Below the pieces are notes generated by a model. That model ran no database searches. It saw only the letters and a program-made list of their open reading frames with translations, and was not told the DNA's origin. From Candidatus Stammera capleta (GTDB taxonomy: Bacteria; Pseudomonadota; Gammaproteobacteria; Enterobacterales; Enterobacteriaceae): DNA of 64,000 bases. A program made the translations under genes and the position numbers. The stretch is taken from the NCBI GenBank assembly GCA_036689255.1, contig CP144774.1, positions 216,051-280,050 on the forward strand, in the 5' to 3' direction. Shown here piece by piece: positions 20,391 through 31,415 of the stretch; position 1 is the first letter of the stretch; each line of letters opens with the position of its first letter.

Positions 20391-21245
20391 ATGAAAAAAA
20401 ATGAATTCTTTTTAGAAAAAATAAATAAAAATATAGGACAATTTTTTAAAATAGATGAAATTATTCTTAAAAAAAAAACTAAATATCAAGAAATACTTAT
20501 TTTTAAAAATAAAAAAATAGGAAAAATATTAGCAATTGATAACATTATTCAAACAACATCATTTGATGAATTTATATATCACGAAATGATATGTTTTATA
20601 CCAATATTTTCTCATAAGAATCCCAAAAATATATTAATTATAGGTGGTGGAGATGGTGGATGTTTAAAAGAAATTTTAAAAATAAACTATATAAATTCCA
20701 TCACTTTAGTTGAATTAGATAAAAAAATAATTAAATATTCAAAAAAATATTTATATGAAATACATAAAAATTCCTTTTACAATAAAAAAATAAAAATATT
20801 AATTGATGATGGTTTTATTTTTTTAAAAAAAAATACACAAAAATATGACATAATTATTATTGATAGCACAGATCCTATTGGTCCTGGAAAAGCTCTTTTT
20901 TCTAAAAAATTTTACACTTATTGTAAAAATTCACTTAATGAAAATGGAATAATTGTTGGTCAAAACGGTACATATATGTACCAAAAAAAAAATATTATTA
21001 ATAACTTTAAAATATTTAAAAAATTATTTCAATTTCAAGGTTTTTATCAAGCAACAATACCTACATATTTTGGAGGAAACATGTTATTTATATGGGGTTC
21101 TAATAATATTGATCTAAAAAAAATAAATTTAAAAAATTTAAAAAATAAAATAAAATTATTTCATTTCAAATATTATAATTTTTCAATACATATTAATAGT
21201 TTTTATTTACCACAATACTTATTAAATAAATTAAATAAAAATTAA
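20391..21245 (+). CDS. speE: Spermidine synthase
   Basis: 284 aa. Blocks: D...[39 protein letters not shown]...FY, G.YQA.IPTY.GG.M.F.W. Confidence 0.93.
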   Translation: MKKNEFFLEKINKNIGQFFKIDEIILKKKTKYQEILIFKNKKIGKILAIDNIIQTTSFDEFIYHEMICFIPIFSHKNPKNILIIGGGDGGCLKEILKINYINSITLVELDKKIIKYSKKYLYEIHKNSFYNKKIKILIDDGFIFLKKNTQKYDIIIIDSTDPIGPGKALFSKKFYTYCKNSLNENGIIVGQNGTYMYQKKNIINNFKIFKKLFQFQGFYQATIPTYFGGNMLFIWGSNNIDLKKINLKNLKNKIKLFHFKYYNFSIHINSFYLPQYLLNKLNKN

Positions 21246-21253
21246 AAAAAATA

Positions 21254-22036
21254 ATGAAAAATTTACAAAAAATAAAATTACATGGATTTAATAATCTAAC
21301 AAAAAATTTAAATTTTTGTGTATATAATATTAATTACATAAATTCTACCAAAGAAAAAAAAAATTATATTAATTATATCAACAAAAAATATAATAGCAAC
21401 AAATTAATAAAAATATTAAAAAAAACTTGTTTTGTTATCGGAGCTAAAATTTTAAATATAGCACAACAAGATTATGAACCACAAGGTGCAAGTGCTACTC
21501 TGTTAATAAGTGAACATATTAAAAATAATACTCCAAAAAAAAATAATAAATATTTGAATAATATTTTAGCACATTTAAATAAAAGCCATTTATGTATACA
21601 CACATATCCAGAAATACATCCTAAAGAAAAGATATGTACCTTAAGAATTGATATAGAAATATCTACATGCGGATTAATATCACCATTAAAAATATTAAAT
21701 TACCTTATAAATAAATTAAAATCCGACATTATAACTATAGATTATAGAATAAGAGGATTTACAAGAGATATAAATGGTAAAAAATATTTTATAGATCATA
21801 AAATAAATTCAATACAAAATTTTTTAGAAAATAAAATTAAAAATATATATGATATGTTTGATACTAATATACATCAAGAAAATATTTTCCATACCAGAAT
21901 GTTAATTAAATTTTTTAAACTAAAAAACTATTTATTTAATTTTAATAAACAAAAAGAAAACAAAATTAACAAAAAAAAAATAACTTCTTTAATATGGAAA
22001 GAAATGAGTGAAATTTATTATGGTAAAAATATATAA
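21254..22036 (+). CDS. speD: S-adenosylmethionine decarboxylase proenzyme
   Basis: 260 aa. [78 protein letters not shown] and LWKEM.EIYYG.N are collinear with E. coli SpeD. Confidence 0.95.
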   Translation: MKNLQKIKLHGFNNLTKNLNFCVYNINYINSTKEKKNYINYINKKYNSNKLIKILKKTCFVIGAKILNIAQQDYEPQGASATLLISEHIKNNTPKKNNKYLNNILAHLNKSHLCIHTYPEIHPKEKICTLRIDIEISTCGLISPLKILNYLINKLKSDIITIDYRIRGFTRDINGKKYFIDHKINSIQNFLENKIKNIYDMFDTNIHQENIFHTRMLIKFFKLKNYLFNFNKQKENKINKKKITSLIWKEMSEIYYGKNI

Positions 22037-22038
22037 AC

Positions 22039-22797
22039 TTAATCTAAAATTGTAAGTATTTCATATCCAAAATCTGTAACCAATATAGTAAGTTCATACT
22101 GCGCTGATAATTCACCATCTAAAGTTTTTACAGTCCAACCATCACTCATTATTTTAGTTTTATAACTTCCTATGTTTACCATAGGTTCTATGGTAAATAC
22201 CATACCAGATTTTAAAATTACATTATTATTTAAACTAAAATAATGTAAAACTTGAGGATCCTCATGTAAATTTTTACCTATACCATGACCACAATAATTT
22301 CTAACTACTGAATAACCATTACCTTCCACATAATCTTGAATTATTTTTCCTATTAAATTTAATTTATTACCTGATTTTACATATTTTAACGTTGATTTAA
22401 TACTCTCATAAGTTACATAACATAAATCAGCAGCTGATTTTGATGGCTTCCCCACAAAATACATTTTAGATGCATCAGAATAATAATTATCTTTTAATAC
22501 TGAAACATCAATATTTATAATATCACCATTACTTAATATATGATTATTATTAGGAATCCCATGACATACAACATCATTAACAGAAGTACAAATAGATTTT
22601 GGATAATTCATATAACCTAAACATGCTGGATAAGCATTATGATGATTAATAATTCTTTTATGACATAAAAAATCAATTTCACCAGTACTTATTCCTGGTT
22701 TAATATACTTAAAAATAAATGATAATACATCTGAAACTATTTCTGATGATTTCTTGATTTTTTTGATATCCATAAAAGATTTAATTATAATAGACAT
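22039..22797 (-). CDS. map: Methionine aminopeptidase (type I)
   Basis: 252 aa. Blocks: CLGY..YPKS.C.S.N.VVCHGIP, GDI.NIDV, YCGHGIG...HE.PQVLHY, FTIEPM.N, DGWTVKT.D..LSAQYE.TI.VT. It is divergent from rpsB, as in E. coli. Confidence 0.95.
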   Translation of the reverse strand: MSIIIKSFMDIKKIKKSSEIVSDVLSFIFKYIKPGISTGEIDFLCHKRIINHHNAYPACLGYMNYPKSICTSVNDVVCHGIPNNNHILSNGDIINIDVSVLKDNYYSDASKMYFVGKPSKSAADLCYVTYESIKSTLKYVKSGNKLNLIGKIIQDYVEGNGYSVVRNYCGHGIGKNLHEDPQVLHYFSLNNNVILKSGMVFTIEPMVNIGSYKTKIMSDGWTVKTLDGELSAQYELTILVTDFGYEILTILD

Positions 22798-22914
22798 TGT
22801 AATTTTTAATTAAATATTAGTTAAATAACATCAAATACATATTTTTTTTTATATATAAATTATATACTAAAATAAAATTAAATAAATTTATATATTACAT
22901 ATAGGATAATAATA

Positions 22915-23580
22915 ATGAATTTTAAAATAAAAAAAATGATTAAAAAAGGAATACATTTTGGACATTTAACAAAATATTGGCATCCAAAAATGAAACCATA
23001 CATATATAAAAAATATAATAATATACATATAATAAATTTAGATAAAACAATAAAATTATTTAAAATTGCTTTACAAAAATTAAAATTATTAACTAAAAAT
23101 AATAAAAAAATATTATTTATAGGAACAAAAAAATATGCTAGTAAATTAATTAAAAAAACAGCAATAAAATGCAAACAATATTTTATCAACCACAGATGGT
23201 TAGGAGGTACATTAACTAATTGGAACACTGTTAAAAAATCAATAAATTTTTACAAAAAATTAGAATTAAAATTCAAAAATGGAAAATTTGAAAAACTAAT
23301 AAAAAAAGAAGCTTTATTAAAAAAAAGACACTTAAATAAATTAAAAAAAAATTTAAGTGGTATTAAAAATATTACTAATTTACCTGATGCCATTTTCGTA
23401 ATAGACGCTAAACATGAAAAATTAGCCATAAAAGAAGCTCAACAATTAGGTATAATAACTTTTGCAATAATAGATACTAATACTAACCCTAAAGGAATAA
23501 ATTACATTATTCCTGGAAATGATGATTCAAGAAAATCTATAAAATGGTATTTAAATATAATTTCAAAAACATTAAGTTAA
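22915..23580 (+). CDS. rpsB: 30S ribosomal protein S2
   Basis: 221 aa (E. coli 241, so the C-terminus is shortened). Blocks: G.HFGH.T.YW.PKMKP.I......IHIINL.KT, F.GTKK.A, RWLGG.LTNW.TV, D...E..A..EA..LGI...A..DTN..P..I...IPGNDD.. Confidence 0.93.
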   Translation: MNFKIKKMIKKGIHFGHLTKYWHPKMKPYIYKKYNNIHIINLDKTIKLFKIALQKLKLLTKNNKKILFIGTKKYASKLIKKTAIKCKQYFINHRWLGGTLTNWNTVKKSINFYKKLELKFKNGKFEKLIKKEALLKKRHLNKLKKNLSGIKNITNLPDAIFVIDAKHEKLAIKEAQQLGIITFAIIDTNTNPKGINYIIPGNDDSRKSIKWYLNIISKTLS

Positions 23581-23615
23581 ATTTCCTATTTAATAATTGA
23601 AATCTTAAATAAAAT

Positions 23616-24374
23616 ATGAATAAAATAAATATAAAACTATTAAAAAAAATAAGAGAAGAAACAAAAATAAGTATTTATGAATGTAAAAAAGCATTAGATA
23701 TAAATAATCATAATTATGAAAAAACCATAAATTATTTAAAAAATAAAATTTGTCTCATCAAAAAAAATAAAAAACTAAAAGAAGGTATTATTTTAAATAA
23801 AAAAATAAATAACAAAGCATCTATGATAGAAATAAATTGTGAAACAGATTTTACAAATAAAAATAAAGAAATAATAGATTTTGCTGAAAAAATATTATGT
23901 TTCATAATAAAAAACGAATCAACAAACTTAATAAAACTAAAAAAAATATTTCACAATGAAAAACAATATTTAATTAATAAATTTAAAGAATTAATTAAAA
24001 TAAATAAATTTTGTTTTTTAAAATCAAATAACATAAATATATATTTACATAATTTTAAAATAGGTACAATTTTATCAGTAAAAAATATTATTAATAAAAA
24101 ATTAAAAATAAAAAACAAAAAAATAAAAAAAATAGCTATGCATATAACAGCAATTAATTGTAATAATGAAAAAACATCCAACAATAAACATCTTACTAAT
24201 AAATCAAATTTAAAAATTAAATCAAATAACTTATTAGATATAAACGTTAATAAAAATAAAATCAATTTTTTAAATCAACCATTTATTTTTAATAATAAAA
24301 TATCATTAAACAATTATCTTCAAAAGAATAACATAAAAATTGATAAATTTTATAAATTTAAAATAAAAAAATAA
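23616..24374 (+). CDS. tsf: Elongation factor Ts (highly diverged)
   Basis: 252 aa, directly after rpsB. The N-terminal UBA-like block LLKKIREETKISIYECKKAL matches E. coli [20 protein letters not shown], and INCETDF matches VNCQTDF. The remainder is Lys/Asn-rich and poorly alignable. Confidence 0.8.
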   Translation: MNKINIKLLKKIREETKISIYECKKALDINNHNYEKTINYLKNKICLIKKNKKLKEGIILNKKINNKASMIEINCETDFTNKNKEIIDFAEKILCFIIKNESTNLIKLKKIFHNEKQYLINKFKELIKINKFCFLKSNNINIYLHNFKIGTILSVKNIINKKLKIKNKKIKKIAMHITAINCNNEKTSNNKHLTNKSNLKIKSNNLLDINVNKNKINFLNQPFIFNNKISLNNYLQKNNIKIDKFYKFKIKK

Positions 24375-24539
24375 ATATTTAGTTTCCTAATAAATATTAT
24401 TAAATTTACAAAAAACATATATTTTTTATAAAAAATATTTATAAACAATTTTATATAAATAAAAATCACAAAAAATATATATAATTAACTTGATTTTACA
24501 AATCAATATTAAATTTTATTACTTTAATAAAACAAAATT

Positions 24540-24623
24540 GGAGACATGGCCGAGAGGTTTAAGGCAACGGTCTTGAAAACCGTAAACGATTATCGTTCGA
24601 GAGTTCGAATCTCTCTGTCTCCG
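24540..24623 (+). tRNA. tRNA-Ser (anticodon UGA), no encoded CCA
   Basis: 84 nt, near-identical in layout to E. coli tRNA-Ser(UGA). Acceptor GGAGACA/TGTCTCC, anticodon arm ACGGT-CTTGAAA-ACCGT, a long variable arm, and T-arm GAGAG-TTCGAAT-CTCTC. The discriminator G is followed by TTAT. Confidence 0.93.
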
Positions 24624-24732
24624 TTATATATTTAAAATAAAAACTTTAAAAATAAAATAAAAATATAAATTTTCATTATTAATAATATTAATTATTAAAT
24701 AAAAATAATTAAAATATAAAATAACAAAATTT

Positions 24733-26121
24733 TTACAACAACGGATTTAAAAGACAAAACAATTTTTCAAAAGTTTTATTGAAAAAAGATCTATTTTTCC
24801 AAATACTATAATTTATTAATTCAGATTTTGATATATATTTTTTTTGAATTTTAAACAACCTGTTATTCAAATATACATCATCAATTATTAAACCAATTTC
24901 AAAATTCAACCATATACTTCGCATATCAAAATTAATTGTACCAATTAAACTTAAATTATCATCAATTAAAATACTTTTAGTATGTAAAAAATTACTTTTA
25001 AAAAAATAAATTTTTACATTAGATAATAAAAGATCATTTAAATAATATCTACTAGCCCAATAAACCAAAAAAGAATCATTATTATTTGGCATGATAATGC
25101 TAACATCTACACCTTTATCCGCAACAGTACATATAGCATCTACCAAAAAATCACTAGGAATAAAGTAAGGAGTAGTTATAATTAATCTTTTTTTTGTTGA
25201 AAAAATAAGATTTAATAAAGATCTATGTATTAAATTATTCGGTAAACCAGGTCCAGATGTTAATACTTGTACAAAATTTTTAACTATTTTATTTTTCTCA
25301 TTTTCATTTTCTTTTTGATCTCTTATAAAATCCTCATATTTACTTTCTTTAAATATATTTATACCCGTTTCTAATTCCCAATCATAAAAAAAAATAACTT
25401 TCATGATCTTCATTAACAAACAACCTTTGATTTTTACCATTAAATCTATCCATTTTCCTACTCCCATATAATCTTTAAAAAAATCAGGATCAACTAAATT
25501 CATACTTCCTAAGTATATTAAATTATCATCTATTAATACTATCTTTTTATGTTGCCTCAAATCTATTCTTCTAAAAAAAATCTTAAATAAATTAAGTTTA
25601 AAAGATTCCACAATTTTAATACCTGCTTTATTCATCATATCAGGCCATATAGTTTTAAAAAAATTTATACTTCCTATAGAATCTAATATTATTCTACATT
25701 TTACACCTCTATAAGAAGCATTTATTAATGATAAAGCAACTTCATCAGATAAAAATCCAGGTTCCCAAATATAAAAAATAATATATATATTTTCTATAGA
25801 TAAATTTATATCATTAATCAATGATGTAATTAACTTTTTACTATTTGTAAACAAATATATATTATCAAAACTAACAGGAGGAATATTTATTTTATTAAAA
25901 CATAAATTAAAAATAGATTTTTTAAATCTATCATAAACTACATTTTTTGTAACAAAACTAATTAACAAAATATTTCTCAACCATATATTATATGCTCTTT
26001 CATAAAAATTATTTTTTACATAAAAATTATAAAATATAATATACATTAAAATACTAGAAAATGGATAAATATATATAATTAATATCCCAAAAAAAATACA
26101 TAACAATTTATTATATTTCAT
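24733..26121 (-). CDS. clsA: Cardiolipin synthase
   Basis: 462 aa with N-terminal TM segments and two HKD motifs (HKKIVLIDDNLIYLGSMN and HTKSILIDDNLSLIGTINFD). Confidence 0.9.
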   Translation of the reverse strand: MKYNKLLCIFFGILIIYIYPFSSILMYIIFYNFYVKNNFYERAYNIWLRNILLISFVTKNVVYDRFKKSIFNLCFNKINIPPVSFDNIYLFTNSKKLITSLINDINLSIENIYIIFYIWEPGFLSDEVALSLINASYRGVKCRIILDSIGSINFFKTIWPDMMNKAGIKIVESFKLNLFKIFFRRIDLRQHKKIVLIDDNLIYLGSMNLVDPDFFKDYMGVGKWIDLMVKIKGCLLMKIMKVIFFYDWELETGINIFKESKYEDFIRDQKENENEKNKIVKNFVQVLTSGPGLPNNLIHRSLLNLIFSTKKRLIITTPYFIPSDFLVDAICTVADKGVDVSIIMPNNNDSFLVYWASRYYLNDLLLSNVKIYFFKSNFLHTKSILIDDNLSLIGTINFDMRSIWLNFEIGLIIDDVYLNNRLFKIQKKYISKSELINYSIWKNRSFFNKTFEKLFCLLNPLL

Positions 26122-26337
26122 ATATAAAATTATCTATTTTCCTATAAAAAAAATAAAAAATTTCTTCTAATAATTAAATATATTTAAAATAATATATTAC
26201 AAAACTAAAAATAACAAATAAAATATAAAATATTTTTATTATTTTTTTTTACTTGAATCAATAATATAATAACAAAACATAATTAAAATATATATATTTA
26301 AAAATATATTTACAAAATAAAATTTAAAATTTGAAAA

Positions 26338-28098
26338 ATGAACAAAAAAAATATATTTAAAAAAATTAAAACTTTAAATAAAAAATTAGAAAAATATTCT
26401 TTTTATTATAATAATTTAAATAAAAGTCTGATAAAAGATGAAAAATTTGATTTTCTAATCAAAAAACTAGAAAAACTAGAAAATAAATACCCTCAATTTA
26501 AAAATAAAAATAATATAACAAATAAAATAAAATATCTATTTTTAAAAAAAACAAAAATAAAAAAACACAACATACCCATGTTATCTATAAATAATGTTTA
26601 TGATAAAAAAAGTTTAAAAAAATATTTAAATAAAATACAAAACAAATTTAAAACAAAAAAAATTAAATTTTGTTGTGAACTAAAAATAGACGGTATAGCA
26701 ATAAATTTAATATATATAAATAATTATTTAAAATATGCTTTTACCAGAGGTAACGGAAAATATGGAGAAAATGTAACAGAAAACATAAAACAAGTAAAAA
26801 ACATACCTCTAAACATTAATAATAAAATAAATAAATCTTTAGAAATTAGAGGAGAAATTTTTATAAATAAAAAAAATTTTTCTAAAATAAATAAAAAAAA
26901 TAAACAAAAACAACAAAAATTATTTTCCAACCAAAGAAATTTAACTGCAGGAACAATACGTTTAAAAAACAAAAATATAGTCAAAAAAAGAAATCTATCT
27001 TTTATAGGATACGATTTAATTAAAGATAAAAAAAATAGATTATTTAATCATAACCAATTTAAATGTTTAAAAAAAATAAAAAAATTAAATTTTCCAATAG
27101 ATAAATATAGTAAAATATGTTCTTCCTACGAAGAAATAATAAATTTTTATAATCATATTTTATCAATAAGAAAAAAATTAAAGTATGAAATTGATGGAAT
27201 AGTAATAAAAATAAACAACAGAAAAATACAAGAAGAAATAAAACATAATAATAAATATATAAAATGGGCTATAGCATTTAAATTTCCAACTAAAAAAAAA
27301 ATCACTACTTTAAAAAAAATTAAATACCAAATTAGTAAACAAGGATTAATTATACCTATAGGAATAATTAAACCAATATTTTTAAGTGGAACTAATATTA
27401 AAAAAATAAATTTACATAATTTAAAATATTTATCTGAATTATCATTACATGAAAATAATAAAATAATAATTGAAAAATCAGGAGAAATAATACCTAAAAT
27501 AAATAAAATTATAAAATGTAATAATATCCAAAAAAAAATTAAAATACCTAAAAAATGTCCTTCATGTAAAAATAAACTAAATTTTAAAAATAATATTCCT
27601 AAATGTAATGAATATTTAAAATGCAAAGAACAAATTAAAAAAAGAATTTATGATTCTATATCCAAAAATGGTTTAAATATTAAAAATATAGGTTTAAAAC
27701 TTATTCATCTATTAGTAGATACCAAACAAATAAAAAATACTATTGATTTACTAAAAATTAAAAAAAAAAACTTGATTAAATTAACTAAAATAAAAAAAAA
27801 ACAAGCTGAAAAAATTAAAAATTCTATAAACCAAGCTATAAAAAAAATAAATTTAAATAAATTTATTTATTCTTTACTTATACCTAATATAGGTAAATTA
27901 ACTTCAAAAGTTATAAGTAAAAAATTTAAAACATTCAATAAATTTATATCATATAAATCAAAAAATATAAATAAAATAAAAAATATTGGTGAAACTAAAT
28001 ATATATCATTTGATAACTACTTTAAAAATAAAAAAAATATAAAAAACATCAATACATTATTTAATATAATAAAAAAAATAAATAAAAAATTAATTTAA
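26338..28098 (+). CDS. ligA: NAD-dependent DNA ligase, lacking the C-terminal BRCT domain
   Basis: 586 aa versus 671 in E. coli. It has the adenylation motif CELKIDG, EIRGE.F, the OB region, the Cys4 zinc finger (CPSCKNKL..PKCNEYLKC) and HhH repeats (IKNIG, IPNIGK, IKNIGE). The protein ends where the E. coli BRCT domain would begin. Confidence 0.88.
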   Translation: MNKKNIFKKIKTLNKKLEKYSFYYNNLNKSLIKDEKFDFLIKKLEKLENKYPQFKNKNNITNKIKYLFLKKTKIKKHNIPMLSINNVYDKKSLKKYLNKIQNKFKTKKIKFCCELKIDGIAINLIYINNYLKYAFTRGNGKYGENVTENIKQVKNIPLNINNKINKSLEIRGEIFINKKNFSKINKKNKQKQQKLFSNQRNLTAGTIRLKNKNIVKKRNLSFIGYDLIKDKKNRLFNHNQFKCLKKIKKLNFPIDKYSKICSSYEEIINFYNHILSIRKKLKYEIDGIVIKINNRKIQEEIKHNNKYIKWAIAFKFPTKKKITTLKKIKYQISKQGLIIPIGIIKPIFLSGTNIKKINLHNLKYLSELSLHENNKIIIEKSGEIIPKINKIIKCNNIQKKIKIPKKCPSCKNKLNFKNNIPKCNEYLKCKEQIKKRIYDSISKNGLNIKNIGLKLIHLLVDTKQIKNTIDLLKIKKKNLIKLTKIKKKQAEKIKNSINQAIKKINLNKFIYSLLIPNIGKLTSKVISKKFKTFNKFISYKSKNINKIKNIGETKYISFDNYFKNKKNIKNINTLFNIIKKINKKLI

Positions 28099-29507
28099 TA
28101 ATACTTATAATTATTTAATTTTTTTTTGATTAATTTTAGTCTAAACAATACATTATCTTTCTTTAATAAGAATATAATTATATTTAAATTAAAAAATACT
28201 TTTTTACCAAACAAAAATAACCTTAATATCATATATATATTCTTCGTTTCTAAATATGTAAATTTTATTAAAGACGAATAAATTACTTTATTTATATTTA
28301 ATAAATCCCAATAAATAATTTTTGAAAATTTTTTAATAAAATAATGCAAAACATTAACATAATTAAATAATTTATATTTCAACAAAAAACTATCTTCATA
28401 TAAAACTCGGTCATTATCAAATAACATACAATTTTCTACTATATCTTTTAAATTAGATAATCTTTGAGAAAAAAAAGAAATTATTTCAGAAATATTAGAA
28501 ATATTATTAATATCTACATTTTTAATCTTAAAAAAATATTTCAAATAATTAAATAATTTTTCATATTTTAAATTAGATACATAATATTTATTAATCCAAA
28601 TTAATTTATTATAATTTATAATACATGGAGATTTATTTATTTTAAATAAATTAAATAAATATTTCATATCATTAAGACTAAAAATTTCTCTATTACCACT
28701 TGACCATCCTAATCTAACCACATAATTTAATATTGCTTCAGGTACAATACCTTGATCTAAATAATTTTTTACATGAAACAAATTATCTCTCTTAGACAAT
28801 TTTTTTTTATCAGAATTTAAAATCATAGGTAAATGAACATAAACTGGTATTTTATAATTCAAACAATTAAAAATATTGATTTGTTTAATAGTATTACTTA
28901 AATGATCATCACCTCTAATAATATGAGTAACTCCCATATTATTATCATCTACAACAGAACAAAAATTGTATGTAGGTAAACCATTGGAACGTAAAATTAT
29001 AAAATCATCTAATTCAGTATTTAAAACTTTAATTTCCTTATAAACAATATCACAAAAAGATACATAACCTTTAGATGGATTTTTAAATCTTATCACATAA
29101 GATTTATTTATATAATTAAAATTTTTATTCCTACAAAATTTATCATAAAAATAATTATTTTTCCTTTTTATATTTAAATTACGTACATGATTTAACCTTT
29201 CATATGTACAATAACATTTATAAGCCATATTATTATTTAACATAAAATTAATTATTTTAATATATAAATTCAATCTATGTGATTGAAAAAAAACATCTTC
29301 ATCCCAATTTAAACCTAAATGTTTTAATATAAAAAAAATATTCTCAACATATATATGTTTGAATCTACTCAAATCAGTATCTTCTATACGAAGTAAAAAT
29401 TTTCCTTTATTTTTTCTTGCATATAACCAAGAAAATAAAGCAGTACGTATATTTCCAATATGTATATATCCAGTAGGACTAGGAGCAAACCTTGTTATAA
29501 CACTCAT
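28095..29507 (-). CDS. gltX: Glutamyl-tRNA synthetase
   Basis: 470 aa versus 471 in E. coli. It has TRFAPSPTGY.HIGN (HIGH motif), LRIEDTD, P.YNF..VVDD..MG.THIIRG.DH, the KLSKR motif and V.LGWS. Its stop overlaps the ligA stop within TTAA at 28095-28098. Confidence 0.95.
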   Translation of the reverse strand: MSVITRFAPSPTGYIHIGNIRTALFSWLYARKNKGKFLLRIEDTDLSRFKHIYVENIFFILKHLGLNWDEDVFFQSHRLNLYIKIINFMLNNNMAYKCYCTYERLNHVRNLNIKRKNNYFYDKFCRNKNFNYINKSYVIRFKNPSKGYVSFCDIVYKEIKVLNTELDDFIILRSNGLPTYNFCSVVDDNNMGVTHIIRGDDHLSNTIKQINIFNCLNYKIPVYVHLPMILNSDKKKLSKRDNLFHVKNYLDQGIVPEAILNYVVRLGWSSGNREIFSLNDMKYLFNLFKINKSPCIINYNKLIWINKYYVSNLKYEKLFNYLKYFFKIKNVDINNISNISEIISFFSQRLSNLKDIVENCMLFDNDRVLYEDSFLLKYKLFNYVNVLHYFIKKFSKIIYWDLLNINKVIYSSLIKFTYLETKNIYMILRLFLFGKKVFFNLNIIIFLLKKDNVLFRLKLIKKKLNNYKYY

Positions 29508-29627
29508 AATATTGTAAATTTATTAATATATTGAAATAAACTTGTTAAAAATTAATTACATATAAATTAATATATATTAATATATAATATATATAAATAT
29601 TTATACAATAATTTATTTTTTTAAAAA

Positions 29628-31412
29628 ATGAAAAAGTATATAAGAAATTTCTCTATTATAGCGCATATAGATCATGGAAAATCAACATTATCAGAAAAAA
29701 TAATAAAACTATGTGAAACTAAAAATTTTATAAAAAATAAAAAAATATTAAATACTATGGATTTAGAACAAGAAAAAGGAATTACAATAAAATCACAAAG
29801 TATTTATCTACAATACATATATAAAAAAAACATATATAAATTTAATTTAATTGACACTCCTGGACATATAGATTTTTGTCATGAAGTATCTAAATCATTA
29901 CACGCATGTGAAGGAGTATTATTAATAATAGATGCTAAACAAGGTATTGAATCACAAACATTATCTAATTATAATATGGCAAAAAAATTAAATTTAAAAA
30001 TTGTGCCTATAATTAATAAAATAGATTTACCAAATATAAATATAAATAATATTAAAAAACAAATAAAAAATACATTAAAAATAAACAAAAAAAAAATAAT
30101 TTTGTGTTCTGCAAAAAATGAATATGGAATAAAAAACATTATTCACAATATTATTAAGATAATACCTTACCCTAAAGGTAAAAATAATAATCCTTTAGAA
30201 GCAATCATTATAGATTCATATTTTGACAACTATTTAGGTATAATCCTATTAATAAAAATTAAAAATGGATTAATCAAAAAAAACGATGAAATAAAATTAA
30301 TTAATAAAAATATAATATACAAAATAAAAAGTATTTTTATAAAAAATCCATGTAAAATACAAAAAACAACATTATATTGTGGAGAAGTAGCATGGATATC
30401 TTGTAACATAAAAAAAATAAATTATATACCAGTGGGTAGTATTATTACTTCAAAAAATAACCCTTGCATAAAAAAAATAAAAAAATTAGAAAAAATAAAA
30501 CCACAAATTTATGCAGGTATATATCCAGTAAAAAATGATAATTTTTCTCTTTTTGAAAATTCTTTTAAAAAATTAAACTTAAATGATTCATCATTAACAT
30601 ATAAACAAGAAAATTCATTACTATTAGGTTATGGTTATAGATGTGGATTCTTGGGAATATTACATATGGAAATAACTAAAGAAAGATTAAAAAGAGAACA
30701 TAATTTAGATATTATAATAATTAATCCTACAGTAAAATATAAAATAAAAAACAAAAAAAATAAAACTATTTACATAAAAAATTCATTAAAATTACCACCC
30801 AAACAAGAAATTAAAAAAATACAAGAACCAATATCTACTTGTTATATAATATCACCTAAAAAATATTTAGGAAAATTAATAAAATTATGTATAACAAAAA
30901 GAGGAATACAAAAAAAAATAGTATTCATCAACAAATACGTCAAAATAAAATTTGAATTACCAACAATAGAAATAATAACAAATTTTGTTGACAAAATTAA
31001 ATCAATATCAAGTGGTTATGCATCATTTGAATATAAATTTAAAAGATATCAAACATCAGATATAACATCATTAGATGTTATTATAAACCAAAAAAAAATA
31101 GATATTTTATCTACAATAATACATAAAAAAAACCTTAAAACATATGGAAAAAAAATAATTAAAATAATAAAAAATAACATACCAAAACATTTATTTAATA
31201 TAGATATAAAAGCATCATGTAACAATAAAATAATATCTTCAACTAAAATAACAGCATTAAGAAAAAACGTAACATCAAAATGTTATGGAGGAGATATAAG
31301 TAGAAAAAAAAAATTATTAAAAAAACAAAAAGAAGGTAAAAAAAAAATGAAAAAAATAGGACAAATATCAATACCACAAAAAACATTTTTTGAAATACTA
31401 AAAATAAAATAA
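29628..31412 (+). CDS. lepA: Elongation factor 4 (LepA)
   Basis: 594 aa. Blocks: IRNFSIIAHIDHGKSTL, DTPGH.DF, NKIDLP, and the C-terminal LRKNV..KCYGGDISRKKKLL.KQKEGKK.MK..G...IPQ..F. Confidence 0.95.
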   Translation: MKKYIRNFSIIAHIDHGKSTLSEKIIKLCETKNFIKNKKILNTMDLEQEKGITIKSQSIYLQYIYKKNIYKFNLIDTPGHIDFCHEVSKSLHACEGVLLIIDAKQGIESQTLSNYNMAKKLNLKIVPIINKIDLPNININNIKKQIKNTLKINKKKIILCSAKNEYGIKNIIHNIIKIIPYPKGKNNNPLEAIIIDSYFDNYLGIILLIKIKNGLIKKNDEIKLINKNIIYKIKSIFIKNPCKIQKTTLYCGEVAWISCNIKKINYIPVGSIITSKNNPCIKKIKKLEKIKPQIYAGIYPVKNDNFSLFENSFKKLNLNDSSLTYKQENSLLLGYGYRCGFLGILHMEITKERLKREHNLDIIIINPTVKYKIKNKKNKTIYIKNSLKLPPKQEIKKIQEPISTCYIISPKKYLGKLIKLCITKRGIQKKIVFINKYVKIKFELPTIEIITNFVDKIKSISSGYASFEYKFKRYQTSDITSLDVIINQKKIDILSTIIHKKNLKTYGKKIIKIIKNNIPKHLFNIDIKASCNNKIISSTKITALRKNVTSKCYGGDISRKKKLLKKQKEGKKKMKKIGQISIPQKTFFEILKIK

Positions 31413-31415
31413 AAA

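Noticed and set aside
27153-27626. 157-aa antisense ORF inside ligA, plus similar shadow ORFs at 22878-23228, 23951-24265, 31787-32089 and 26724-26984
   Set aside because: All are antisense to confidently identified genes, hydrophobic and low-complexity, and lack plausible ribosome-binding context.
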